This document shows positions 51,095 to 61,586 of a stretch of DNA of 64,000 nt, piece by piece. Source of the DNA: Oikopleura dioica (taxonomy: Eukaryota > Animalia > Chordata). A program made the translations under genes and the position numbers. Where the stretch lies: assembly GCA_907165135.1 (NCBI GenBank), contig OU015570.1, positions 930,001 to 994,000 on the forward strand. The letters are read 5' to 3'. Numbering within the stretch: position 1 is the stretch's first letter; every line of letters starts with the position of its first letter. Below the pieces are notes generated by a model, which did not search any database, was not told where the DNA came from, and saw nothing but the letters and a program-made list of their open reading frames with translations.

Positions 51095-52927
51095 TTTATG
51101 ATTTTTTATCAATAATGGGTTTCCAAATATATTCAATATATTCTACTCTAGCCGTAGCTAGAATTGCCACTAATTAGCACCCAGTCATGGGTGAGCGCCC
51201 AGGAATCTCCCCTTGATATGTTCATTTGAGCTGGTTCACACCAGCTCAACCGGTTATAATTGCTCTTCCTCTTTACTGCCGCACCACCACCAAAACCGAT
51301 GTCTGCCCATTTTTCGACAATAAAATACGCATTTGCAAAACCCTAGTCTTCCGCCAACTAGGCTTCATTTGCGCCATATTTAGCGCCAGTTTTGGAAATC
51401 TCATTATCAACAGAAAGGGAAAAATTTGACTCGACACAATAAATATCAATTTAAAGGCCATTTTTTTAATTCTATGCCATCCGAAAAACGGCCTTAAAAT
51501 GGGTTTTTACTTGGTTTACGTCAATCCTTACTGGAAAAATATAAACGAGTCAGACCCAAGCCAAGAACGTTAATCCTAATCTGAAAAGAAAAACCTCTTG
51601 CAAATCAGGCTTTCAAAGCATGAAAAAAGTGCTTCAAGAAAATTAAGTTTGTTTTGTATTGAAATTATACGACTCCATCAGTGATGGAAAATCAAGAAAG
51701 TCTTCAACACGTTTTTCTTTGTCCTCATCATTTTATATGTTTAATATAATAATGCCATTCATAGAAAATTTTACACCAAAGAATATTGGACGACCTGTAA
51801 GAGATCATAAAATATTTTGATTAATTATTTATTAATAATAATGAATTGACCATAACAAGTGTGGTTGGCGTAATAAGTAATTGTAGACTTCGGCAAACGC
51901 TTTCGGTTGTCTTTCTTAACCATCTGATGACTTACTGTATCGATCCATTAAATAAGAACAAATGCTAGCCGTAGTCCCAAATACATTGACGAAGGATCTT
52001 ATAAGTTTTTACCATGTTGCCACGGCGCACTCTGGAAAGGCGCGTATTGAAGAAAAATTGAAAGAAGAACCAATTTGGTAAGAAAATAAAACTTAATATC
52101 TAACGCAGGCTGTAAATGGTTGTTTATTTTGAAGTCTTGTGCAACCATCAAGATTCCGCTCGAAATCAGATATTTTCTCACTGAAATCGTCGCAAAGGAC
52201 TTACGACAAAGTATTCGTTGATTTTTTAGAACTCAGTGTAGGCGGGAAATTACTTTTTTATTTGACTGTCCTTGACGACTTGTCTCTATATTTGTTAATT
52301 AAAAGAGTTAACTCAAAAGCTTATAGTGGATCTCAATGTGCAATACGCGCTGCGCGCGGAGTTACATTAACTCCTGCGTAAACAATCTCCCCCGCACGGA
52401 CAGACTTCCCTGCGCACGGACAGACTTCTCTACGCGCGGACCACACTATCTACGCCCGTAACAAAGAATCTTGCTCCCTACGTATAGCCCTTTCTCCCTG
52501 TGCACGAACTTCTGTACGCACGTGATTATTCATTTCCCTACGGAACTCCCTTTCTCCCCACGCACTGTATTACTTCCGTGCGGACCAAGCTCTGTCCGTA
52601 CGCACAGAAATAGTATATAAGTCGCTCTGCTCCACAACTCCATAGTCACTTGAAATTACTCGCTCACTTGTAAAACTTGCTCTTTTTACAAAACAACGCT
52701 CACTATTTTTATCCTGCTCGCGATAACAATAAACTACAAATTCATATCCAACTTATGTACATTGAGAAACACGTACATATTTTGGTGACTGAATAAAACG
52801 GAACGCCTCCCAAGAGATACAGTCAGAGACAGAGATCAAGTGCCGCTCGACGTTCCAAAAACTTGGTTTCTCAAGGACCAGACTCAAATAGGTTAAGGTT
52901 ACCCAGTAAGCTTATTTTCTCGATATC

Positions 52928-54202
52928 ATGGGGGACGAGCTTTACTATAAAACGGTCGTTGACCTCACTGCCAAGGAACTTATGCTTGTTTATGACAAGA
53001 ACCCAAATCGAAAATACCCTTTAGCAATCCCAAGATTTGACAAGTCAGGATGTGTTCTGAATATGCTCAATATTCAGCCAAACTTGTTCGATGATTTGGA
53101 CAAAAAGTACTTTTTTCGAAAGACAAACCAAGGCCTTGAGTTCGACCCCGCATTTGATGTTACTAACATCCAGGAAGCTGTCCAAAAGACTGCTCGAGCT
53201 GACCATAAGATTGATGTCGATAAAATAAATGAGATCATTGTTATGGACAACCTTGCCACAATTCTTGACCGAATTGACGAGTCTGAAAAGCAAGAGGAGA
53301 CCAAGTACCGGCCACCACCCTCTGACTCTAAGCCATCTGGATCAACTCCACGAAATGGAAATGCTCAGCCCCGAGGAAGTGCTCAGCCGAAAAAGGAACC
53401 AGCTAACGATCGCTCAAAATCGTTTGGACAAGTGAAGATGAAGACCCCGAAATTTGATGCTCAACTTCCAGTTGAAAATTTTATTTCGAACCTGGAACTC
53501 TACGGAAATTGCTCGAAGATTTGCGACGAAGATCTTATCAGTGTTGCCCTGTCCCAAATCCTGATGGAGGAAAGTGGAACTTCTCTCGTTGAAGCAATCA
53601 CGGAAGAAGAAAAACGAGACTGGAACAGCTTCAAGGGTAAGCTCGTTCAAGTCCTTGGTAAAGACAAGGAGCACTACAAGCACATGTACACATCGTTCCA
53701 ACGAGGTCAAGAGACACAGCAAATGGCAGTCACAAAACTACAAGCCTTCTTCAAGAAAGGGTACGGAAAGCTCAATCTTGATGCTGCAGATGAATCCATT
53801 ATTTGTGACCGATTTATCGAATGCCAAGAACCAAGACTCGCTGAACTGCTCCGACGTGAAAAATCCTTGCTGACACTCCGAAATATCGCTCAACGTGCCA
53901 TGGAACTGGAAAGAAGCTTCTTCAAACGAGAAAATATCTTCGTCGCCGAAAGCTCTTCAAATGCGAAGGAATCTGAAATGGCCCAAATATGCTCTCAACT
54001 GAAGGAAATTATCTTTGCTGCGAAGGAGCCAGCAAAGGAGAAGAAGAAAAAGGGAAGATCGAGAATCCCCATCAACAAGCTCCAAGGACACTGCATTTCA
54101 TACGTCCGAAATAACCGATGCCGATTTGGCGAAAAGTGCAAATACCTTCATGCGGAAGACGTACCAAAGGAAGTTGTGGAAATAATCAAAAAGGAGGCAT
54201 GA
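52928..54202 (+). CDS. gag: Gag of element C with a C-terminal CCCH zinc finger
   Basis: PKFD..ENFI and FQRGQET capsid-like motifs; CISYVRNNRCRFGEKCKYLH is C-x8-C-x5-C-x3-H. Confidence 0.9.
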   Translation: MGDELYYKTVVDLTAKELMLVYDKNPNRKYPLAIPRFDKSGCVLNMLNIQPNLFDDLDKKYFFRKTNQGLEFDPAFDVTNIQEAVQKTARADHKIDVDKINEIIVMDNLATILDRIDESEKQEETKYRPPPSDSKPSGSTPRNGNAQPRGSAQPKKEPANDRSKSFGQVKMKTPKFDAQLPVENFISNLELYGNCSKICDEDLISVALSQILMEESGTSLVEAITEEEKRDWNSFKGKLVQVLGKDKEHYKHMYTSFQRGQETQQMAVTKLQAFFKKGYGKLNLDAADESIICDRFIECQEPRLAELLRREKSLLTLRNIAQRAMELERSFFKRENIFVAESSSNAKESEMAQICSQLKEIIFAAKEPAKEKKKKGRSRIPINKLQGHCISYVRNNRCRFGEKCKYLHAEDVPKEVVEIIKKEA

Positions 54203-57200
54203 CTATCAAGAGTCATTGAAACGTGTGAATATGCTCACTTTGCACCGGCCTCGCTCAAATTTGTAAAAATTATGCTCAACGGACTTAAATTTCCCTGCCT
54301 TATCGATAGTGGCGCAAGTAGAACATGTTTCCGCTCAGATGTTCTAGATCTATTACCGTCAACTATCAACAAACAAATTCCATCTACAATCATGCTCAAG
54401 TGTGCGAACTCAGAAGTCGTCAATGTTAAAACGCTCAGCTCCCCGATTGATGTTACATTCGAAACAAGCTCTTCGCCACTAAGATTGAAGTTGGACCCGC
54501 TCATTGTTCAAAACTTATCGTGCCCGATCATTTTGGGAATGGATGCTCTCAAGGGGATAACGATCGGAGAAAAATCAGTCACTTTATGCAATAAGAAAAT
54601 TCCAACAATAGATCCGAACTCATCTGATTTGTTCCTAACTGGCCTCATTGAAATCGACAAGAATTCTGGTCGTGAGAAAGAAGATTACGAAGCTTTCTTG
54701 AAGAGACGATCAGAACAAGCCCAGAAAATCAATTTTGTTCCAGCTATTGGTTCTTATGGTGCAACTGACTCGAGACAAAAAGCGCAACTTGACGAACTGG
54801 TTCAAAAATATCGACTCAGCTTCAATATGGACTCCGACGATCTAGGACGTCTATTCGGCTATCGATATTCGCTCCCGCTCTATGACGAAACAAAATCTTC
54901 ACATCAACCTCCACGGAAAATTGCAATTCACCTACAGCCACAAGTCAGAGAACAAATTTCCACATGGAAAAAGCTCAATGTTATCGAAGAAACGCAATCA
55001 TCATTTAACATTCCTCTGATAATTCTTCGAAAATCTGACTCTTCTATCAGAATCTCACTTGATGCGAGAATGGTGAATGAGTTATTGCAAAAAGATCGCT
55101 TTCCATTACCAAGCATGCAAAGTGTTTTCACCTCTATTGGAAAGAAACTCAGTGGTAGAGAATGTTTCATAAGTTCAGTGGATTTCTTTCGTGGCTATTG
55201 GCAAGTGCTCATTAACGAAAAAGATGCACACAAAATGGCATTTTCATACGAAAACCAGCATTACCAAACTAACAGAATGCTCTATGGTTCTTGCAATGCT
55301 CCTGCCTGCTTCTCAAGAATAATGAATAAGCTGATGAAACACGAATCAATTCTCCTTTATCTTGATGATTTGGTGATCATTGACAACAACTGGGAAGATC
55401 ATCTCAAGGCACTTGAATTCGTTTTCAAAACCTGCCTAGAACATGGACTCGTTCTCAGTGCCAAGAAATGTCAACTCGCTAGCACTGAACTTGACTTCCT
55501 TGGTCACAGAATAACGGCTGATGGAATCAAACCGCTCAGAAAGCATCTAGAAGCAATTGAAAAATTATCACCACCACGAGACAAAGCTGAACTTAAGAGA
55601 TATCTTGGAATGGTTAACTTCAATGTGAAATTTCTTAAGCGTGGAAGTGAAATTTTGGCTCCACTTTACCGTCTTACATCGGCAAAAGTGAATTATGAAT
55701 GGTCTGAGATTCACCAAAACGCCTTCGAAAAAGTCAAAGAAGAACTTCTAAAAGAGCCAACATTAGCGCATTTCAAACCTGGATGTAAACTTGTTCTCGT
55801 CACAGACTCCTCTGGATTTGCAGTTGGAGGAACACTGTACCAAGTTCAAAACGATCGATTTGCCGCTCTTGGATATTTCAGCAAAGCTCTATCAGGACCT
55901 GATCTTAAGCGTCCAATGAGAGTCAAAGAGCTCTTCGCACTTTGCTGGGGAATACAGTTTTTCGAGTACTACCTGATCAATTGTGAATTCGACTGCTACG
56001 TTGACCATAAATCTTTGTTGTATCTGTTCCGAGAATCACGAAGAAGAAAATTGGACATAAAACTATGCAATGTTCACAACTATCTTCTTGCGTTTAACTT
56101 CACGATCATTCACAAAAGCGGAACAAGCCCAGAAATGGCTTCTGCAGATTTCTTTAGCAGACTTCCAAGATCAAAAAGCTCTGACCTTGAGAAACTCTCA
56201 GAAGATTTTTTCGATGTCGACGAAACAATCTTTGCGTTATCAACTATGTCAACTGACAATGTCATCTTCTCGTACGAAAATCGATCATTCACTGCTAACG
56301 AAATGGCTGCTGCTCAAAACGCCTGCTCTGTTACAAAGAACCTTATCGTCAAAGCCGAGTTAAACAAGTCACAGAAAAGACTGACGCTCAAAAACAATGT
56401 CCTCTACTCGAATGATAGACTTGTTCTTCCAAGCAACATTGCCGATGAATTTATTTCATATTTGCATGTCATAACAGCTCATTCCGGAAGTCAACAGCTG
56501 CTCCAAATGCTCAAGAAATTCTTCATCAGCAATATCCAGCAAAAAGTTCGATCAATTACAAGCTCATGTGAAACATGCATCCGACTCAAGCCACTCAAAG
56601 GAATGCGACCTTCGCTCATAAAGGATCGCCAGTTCGCTCAATTACCCTTTGAAAAAGTTCACATCGACCTCGTCGATTATGGAAGACCTGATGCGTCAGG
56701 CAAACGCTACTTGCTCACTGTAGTGGATAGTTTAAGTGGCTACCTCGATGGAGAGAGTTTATCAAACAAGTCGGACAATCTTGTTGCAAAAGCCCTACTG
56801 CGAATAATACTTCGGCATGGAATATCACAGAATTGCATTTCCGATAACGGAAGAGAGTTTGGACCAAAAACAAAAGAAATTCTCGACCGATTTGGAATAC
56901 GACATAGTACAACCAGCGCTTATAACAGTAAGTCGAACGGAAAATGTGAGAGAATCCATCGCGAGATCCATCAGAAGCTCAAGAATCAACTTGCAACAAA
57001 TCGCTCCTGGTCCGAATTTTGGCCACTGGTTCAATACTTTCTTAACAACGCTCCAAAAGGAAGTCTTGATGGTCTTTCAAGTAATGAAATTGTATATGGG
57101 AGACAATTTCATGTTCCTTACTCACTGAAAGAACCAATCATCGAAAATGTCCAGCCATTCACAAAAGCTCTGAATGAATATATGAAGAAACTCCACCCAG

Positions 57201-57721
57201 CATTGCTCAACTTTCAAGTCCAAAGATACCAATCGCTGCTCAAAAGGGACAGAAATGATTGTCCAGTTCTCCCGATTGGTACATCTGTTCTTTGTTGGAA
57301 ACCTGATCTGTACGCTGGTAAACTTGGAATTCACTGGTCTGGACCATACAAAATTCATCGACGACTTTCAAAAGATAGTTACATCGTCAAGTGTCCGCTC
57401 ACAAGAAAGGAATATCGGCGTAACATCAGTCTGATCCGCCCGCTCAAACAAAAGACTGATAATGACAGTACGGAATATATTTGCAGCGATGATGCTCACA
57501 CCGACTGCAAAGAAAAAGACGAGAAAGCTCAAATTCAAACTCGAAGCTCACAAAATGTTAGAAAGCATCGATCTGATCCGACCGATGAAGAAGAGACTGC
57601 TCAAGATCACAATCCCTGCTTTGAAAGTCCCCTTACTGTAGTCAATGATGAACTACTGCTCAATGGAAGTGGGAATGAGGATTCAAAATGGAAAGGCCGT
57701 CTTCGCTCAAGACGCCAATAG
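54203..57721 (+). CDS. pol: Pol of element C, in frame with gag after a single TGA
   Basis: LIDSGA, YLDD, TDSS..KEL..VDH, HHCC, SDNG, SNGKCER, WSGPY. Uninterrupted frame. Confidence 0.95.
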   Translation, partial: LSRVIETCEYAHFAPASLKFVKIMLNGLKFPCLIDSGASRTCFRSDVLDLLPSTINKQIPSTIMLKCANSEVVNVKTLSSPIDVTFETSSSPLRLKLDPLIVQNLSCPIILGMDALKGITIGEKSVTLCNKKIPTIDPNSSDLFLTGLIEIDKNSGREKEDYEAFLKRRSEQAQKINFVPAIGSYGATDSRQKAQLDELVQKYRLSFNMDSDDLGRLFGYRYSLPLYDETKSSHQPPRKIAIHLQPQVREQISTWKKLNVIEETQSSFNIPLIILRKSDSSIRISLDARMVNELLQKDRFPLPSMQSVFTSIGKKLSGRECFISSVDFFRGYWQVLINEKDAHKMAFSYENQHYQTNRMLYGSCNAPACFSRIMNKLMKHESILLYLDDLVIIDNNWEDHLKALEFVFKTCLEHGLVLSAKKCQLASTELDFLGHRITADGIKPLRKHLEAIEKLSPPRDKAELKRYLGMVNFNVKFLKRGSEILAPLYRLTSAKVNYEWSEIHQNAFEKVKEELLKEPTLAHFKPGCKLVLVTDSSGFAVGGTLYQVQNDRFAALGYFSKALSGPDLKRPMRVKELFALCWGIQFFEYYLINCEFDCYVDHKSLLYLFRESRRRKLDIKLCNVHNYLLAFNFTIIHKSGTSPEMASADFFSRLPRSKSSDLEKLSEDFFDVDETIFALSTMSTDNVIFSYENRSFTANEMAAAQNACSVTKNLIVKAELNKSQKRLTLKNNVLYSNDRLVLPSNIADEFISYLHVITAHSGSQQLLQMLKKFFISNIQQKVRSITSSCETCIRLKPLKGMRPSLIKDRQFAQLPFEKVHIDLVDYGRPDASGKRYLLTVVDSLSGYLDGESLSNKSDNLVAKALLRIILRHGISQNCISDNGREFGPKTKEILDRFGIRHSTTSAYNSKSNGKCERIHREIHQKLKNQLATNRSWSEFWPLVQYFLNNAPKGSLDGLSSNEIVYGRQFHVPYSLKEPIIENVQPFTKALNEYMKKLHPALLNFQVQRYQSLLKRDRNDCPVLPIGTSVLCWKPDLYAGKLGIHWSGPYKIHRRLSKDSYIVKCPLTRKEYRRNISLIRPLKQKTDNDSTEYICSDDAHTDCKEKDEKAQIQTRSSQNVRKHRSDPTDEEETAQDHNPCFESPLTVVNDELLLNGSGNEDSKWKGRLRSRRQ

Positions 57722-58596
57722 AAATATGAGATGCTCAACTCATATTTTGCTCAAGAGTCGAATATTATGACGTATAAAAGCCCTGCTCAAAGGATATCCA
57801 TGCTCAAACAAATGTTCACAACTTTAGCGATATGATGCACACTTGAAGAAGAGTCAAGCTCCGTTCCATCGCCATGAAAGTTCAATGCAGGCCTCTGTGG
57901 ATTTTCGCTCGCATAACACTGATAATGTACAAGTTAATGGCGCCCTCGACTTGGACCACTTGTCTTAACCTTGCGCCGGAATTCTCCAGATGTTGGCAAT
58001 GTGTGCAGTTGCCAAATCACACAATATTCGAAATACAGTGGCATCATCCCAGCTCAATGGCACGATGCTTAGCCTTTTTAATAAAAATAAAAAGGGGGAA
58101 GAAAATAGTGAAACTGCTCGATCACTACGGAATTTCAATTTCAGTGCTCATAAATTGAAAAATGATAACGAAGAAGTGAAACTGCTCGATCACTTAAGGA
58201 TAACCAATTTCATTGCTCTCGAAATTGAAGAACGCTAGGGTGAAAACTGCTCGATTCACCAAGAAAAATTTTGGCATTGTTTACGAGATCATTCGCGGAA
58301 ATCGAAAAATTTGGAAGAAAACAAATTATAATGAGGAAACTGGTCGATTGGTCTGCAGAAAAATCTCCATGCCATTAAAAGAAACAGAGGAATTTGCTGT
58401 ACGACAACAATTGCAAAAAGAAGATCACGCAATTTCATTATGAAATTCAGAAAAAGAGAAGAAACTGCATTTCACACTTTGTCACGTGACGCGCAGAAAA
58501 TAGCTGCAGGTGTGCGCGCAAAAAGTCGGAACAAACAAAACCACGTGAAAAAGTTGGACAGAAAATCTCATTCTTTCAGAAAGTGATAAATGAGAG

Positions 58597-59505
58597 ATGT
58601 CTTCTGAAAGAGGAGCAATTTTTGAGAATTTCTTTTATTTTCAACCTCAAGATGTTAAGAAGCGATTCTTACAATTCTCCCTTCCGTTTATATGTGGATA
58701 TACGCTCAACCTCTACGAATTAAGAAGAGAGCCACAAACACGCATTTTTCGAGATTATCTACAGACACTATCGGAAGTAATGACTAAAATCACAGAAGCA
58801 ACTCAATACACATACCCAGCTGAGTATCTGAAAATGAATGAGAATCTGTCTTCTATAAACACATTACTGGAGTGGTGCTTCAGGGCGCTTATCTTTCGAT
58901 TTTCAAAAGCAGAAAAGGAACAAGTTACACCAATAGTCGTCGAAAGCTTTGAGAAACAATTCTATGGAAGGAGACACTTATGGGCTGACATGAAAGACAT
59001 TGATCAAACGGCTTTATCGAATTTTGTCAATAGAGCCACACTTCTATTTTACGACCATTTGAAAAATATCGGACTCAGAAGTTTTTCACATTATGTTGCT
59101 GAAGATCCAATACAAACATCCAATCAGCAACCATCGCAACCAACGTTCATCCCTCTAATTGAACATCCTCAACACACTCAATTGACCAATGAAAACCCAC
59201 TCGACTTCCTTGTAACAGAAAACTTCAATGGAAACAACGCCACGACTCAAGTCCCAATTATGAACAATCCGACTCAGCAAACTCAGCAAAACCCAGTCGA
59301 TGATATTTTCGGAAATTCAAATAACGATTCACCACCTGGTTATGAAAGCTCCTCAAGTGAAAGCTCCTCTAGTGTATGCTCAACTGACGCCGACAATCTT
59401 GACAAAATCTTGGAAAACAATGCTCTTTTAAAAGGGGGAAGAATATATAGTGGATCTCAATGTGCAATACGCGCTGCGCGCGGAGTTACATTAACTCCTG
59501 CGTAA
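58597..59505 (+). CDS. orphan accessory ORF3 of element C (non-env), ending inside the 3' LTR
   Basis: 302-aa intact ORF, aromatic-rich helical N-domain plus a Q/N/S-rich tail; no signal peptide or TM segment. Confidence 0.75.
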   Translation: MSSERGAIFENFFYFQPQDVKKRFLQFSLPFICGYTLNLYELRREPQTRIFRDYLQTLSEVMTKITEATQYTYPAEYLKMNENLSSINTLLEWCFRALIFRFSKAEKEQVTPIVVESFEKQFYGRRHLWADMKDIDQTALSNFVNRATLLFYDHLKNIGLRSFSHYVAEDPIQTSNQQPSQPTFIPLIEHPQHTQLTNENPLDFLVTENFNGNNATTQVPIMNNPTQQTQQNPVDDIFGNSNNDSPPGYESSSSESSSSVCSTDADNLDKILENNALLKGGRIYSGSQCAIRAARGVTLTPA

Positions 59506-60344
59506 ACAATCTCCCCGCACGGACAGACTTCCCTGCGCACGGACAGACTTCTCTACGCGCGGACCAAACTATCTACGCCCGTAACAAAGAATCTTGCTCC
59601 CTACGTATAGCCCTTTCTCCCTGTGCACGAACTTCTGTACGCACGTGATTATTCATTTCCCTACGGAACTCCCTTTCTCCCCACGCACTGTATTACTTCC
59701 GTGCGGACCAAGCTCTGTCCGTACGCACAGAAATAGTATATAAGTCGCTCTGCTCCACAACTCCATAGTCACTTGAAATTACTCGCTCACTTGTAAAACT
59801 TGCTCTTTTTACAAAACAACGCTCACTATTTTTATCCTGCTCGCGATAACAATAAACTACAAATTCATATCCAACTTATGTACATTGAGAAACACGTACA
59901 AGCTTAACCCGATGTATAACAGAAAATAATACTGTTACTGAGTGAATTTGGATGTCAAGAAAGATCACTTCTTGTCTCGAATAATGGAGGTGAATACTTA
60001 AATTTTTGTCTAAGAGATGCTCTGGATCTGATGCATATCGATCAGTCATTCATATCTCAATATAATTCGAAAGCGAATAGAGTTGAACGAGCCCATCTTG
60101 ACTTACGGGCATTTATCAGAACAACTAAAGTTAAATTTACAGATGCCAATTATATACAGTTTTTTTCCTTTTTGTGGACCCTCATTTTGTTAACCCCGAT
60201 TTTGTGGATATTTTTTATTTTAAGGAGTTTTTGGGTCATATAATATGACCCAATTACCGTATACCTTATTGCTTATTCTATCCAAAATAATAAGAATTAC
60301 GGAATAGAAAATTATCTTTATTGCGTAAAAATCTGAATCTTTAA

Positions 60345-61586
60345 GGGATCCCCCTTTTGGCTCGAAATTCAGCCGATTTGAGCTTATGAATCGGACCGTT
60401 TAATAGCTCTTCTGATAGCTGGTGTGCTATCCGCTATTCTCTAGTACAGAGAAATATTTTCTCAAGGCAAACCTACCTCTAGGAGGCGCCAAAGTTCAAG
60501 AAATTCAAAACGCCATTTAAGGCAATTTTTGAATAGAAATTCAGCCTATTCGGGCTTAGACAGACTCGATCTGAGATTAGATTCAGGTAGAATAGAGCCT
60601 AATCTTCAATCTCTAGTACAGAGAGCCCGTTTGGTCGAGTAATAAAACAAATTTCTTTGGAACAACCATCTAAAGCAATTTTTGGCGTTTTTTGGTTTTT
60701 CATTGCTCTCTAGCGCCGACAAATGGGCATAAAATTTTAATGCGGTTATTATATTCTTAATCGGCAGATTCTAAGCTTTCGAAAGACCCCTTATATTAGG
60801 GTTCCGCACGATTGGGACAGAGACTTTAAATTTACCAAAATTTTTAAATTCTACTAAAAATGACTAGTAGAATCCATTTCCGATCCTAGTTTCTCCTATA
60901 AGCCAGTTCTTCTGTCATTTTAAAGCTATTTAAAAATACAAAGTTTAATTAGGTAATGCGCTCTGATTGGTCAGCTGCGCAAGGGACTTTTTCTAGACTG
61001 AAGATTCTTCCATCTGAACAACACAGTCAGAAATTCGACCAATCAGCGCGCGGGAAATGAAAATGTTAATGCTTTTGAAAACTTTAATTGATCAGCACAC
61101 AAAAAGTTCGCTGAGTTATAATTTCATTTAAGAACAAAAACTACTATTTTTTGGTGTTCTTTTCAATGGGAGGGCGACTGAACGTGGGCGACAGAAATAG
61201 ACCGGAAAAAACGAGATAAATCGGCGAATTTATAGAGTTATCAGAATATAAGTATCGTCATTTTCTTCCCCATAGTCGAAAACCTCAATCCCATTCAAAT
61301 TTCAAAATTTGTTTTAGTTTAATTTGGTTTTTGAAAATTGGGTCCTCCGATCGTGCGGAACCCTACCTTATATAGCTTATTTAGATGACATTAAAGAACC
61401 GAAAAAACCGATTTTCACGCTAAGTACATTTTATATGCATTTTTGCAACTTTTGAAGGCCAAAATCTCGGGGATAGATGTTCGTAAGGGGGTCTTGTGAC
61501 ACATCAATATGATCCTTAGGAAGAGGGGAATTTAAAAATGACAAACATAGACCCTTATCAAAGAGTTGAAAAAACAGGGGGATCCC
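60345..61586. mobile_element. TTAA-TSD (Kolobok-like) non-autonomous element with a nested hAT MITE at 60797-61365
   Basis: TTAA-GGGATCCCCC ... GGGGGATCCC-TTAA. The inner element has TIR TAGGGTTCCGCACGAT and TSD CCTTATAT. Confidence 0.8.

Larger units (their letters stand above)
52322..59900 (+). mobile_element. LTR retrotransposon C (Ty3/gypsy, Tor-like), apparently intact and recent
   Basis: LTRs 52322-52777 and 59446-59900 (1 substitution, 1 indel), termini TATAG..TACA, TSD AGCT, short PBS TGGTGAC at 52783, PPT AAAAGGGGGAAGAA. Confidence 0.95.
51960..60150 (+). pseudogene. older gypsy integrase relic split by element C (51960-52321 and 59905-60150)
   Basis: YHVATAHSG and YDKVFVDFL..YLTVLDDLS before C; LVSNNGGEY..ISQYNSKANRVERAH after C. 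Confidence 0.75.
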
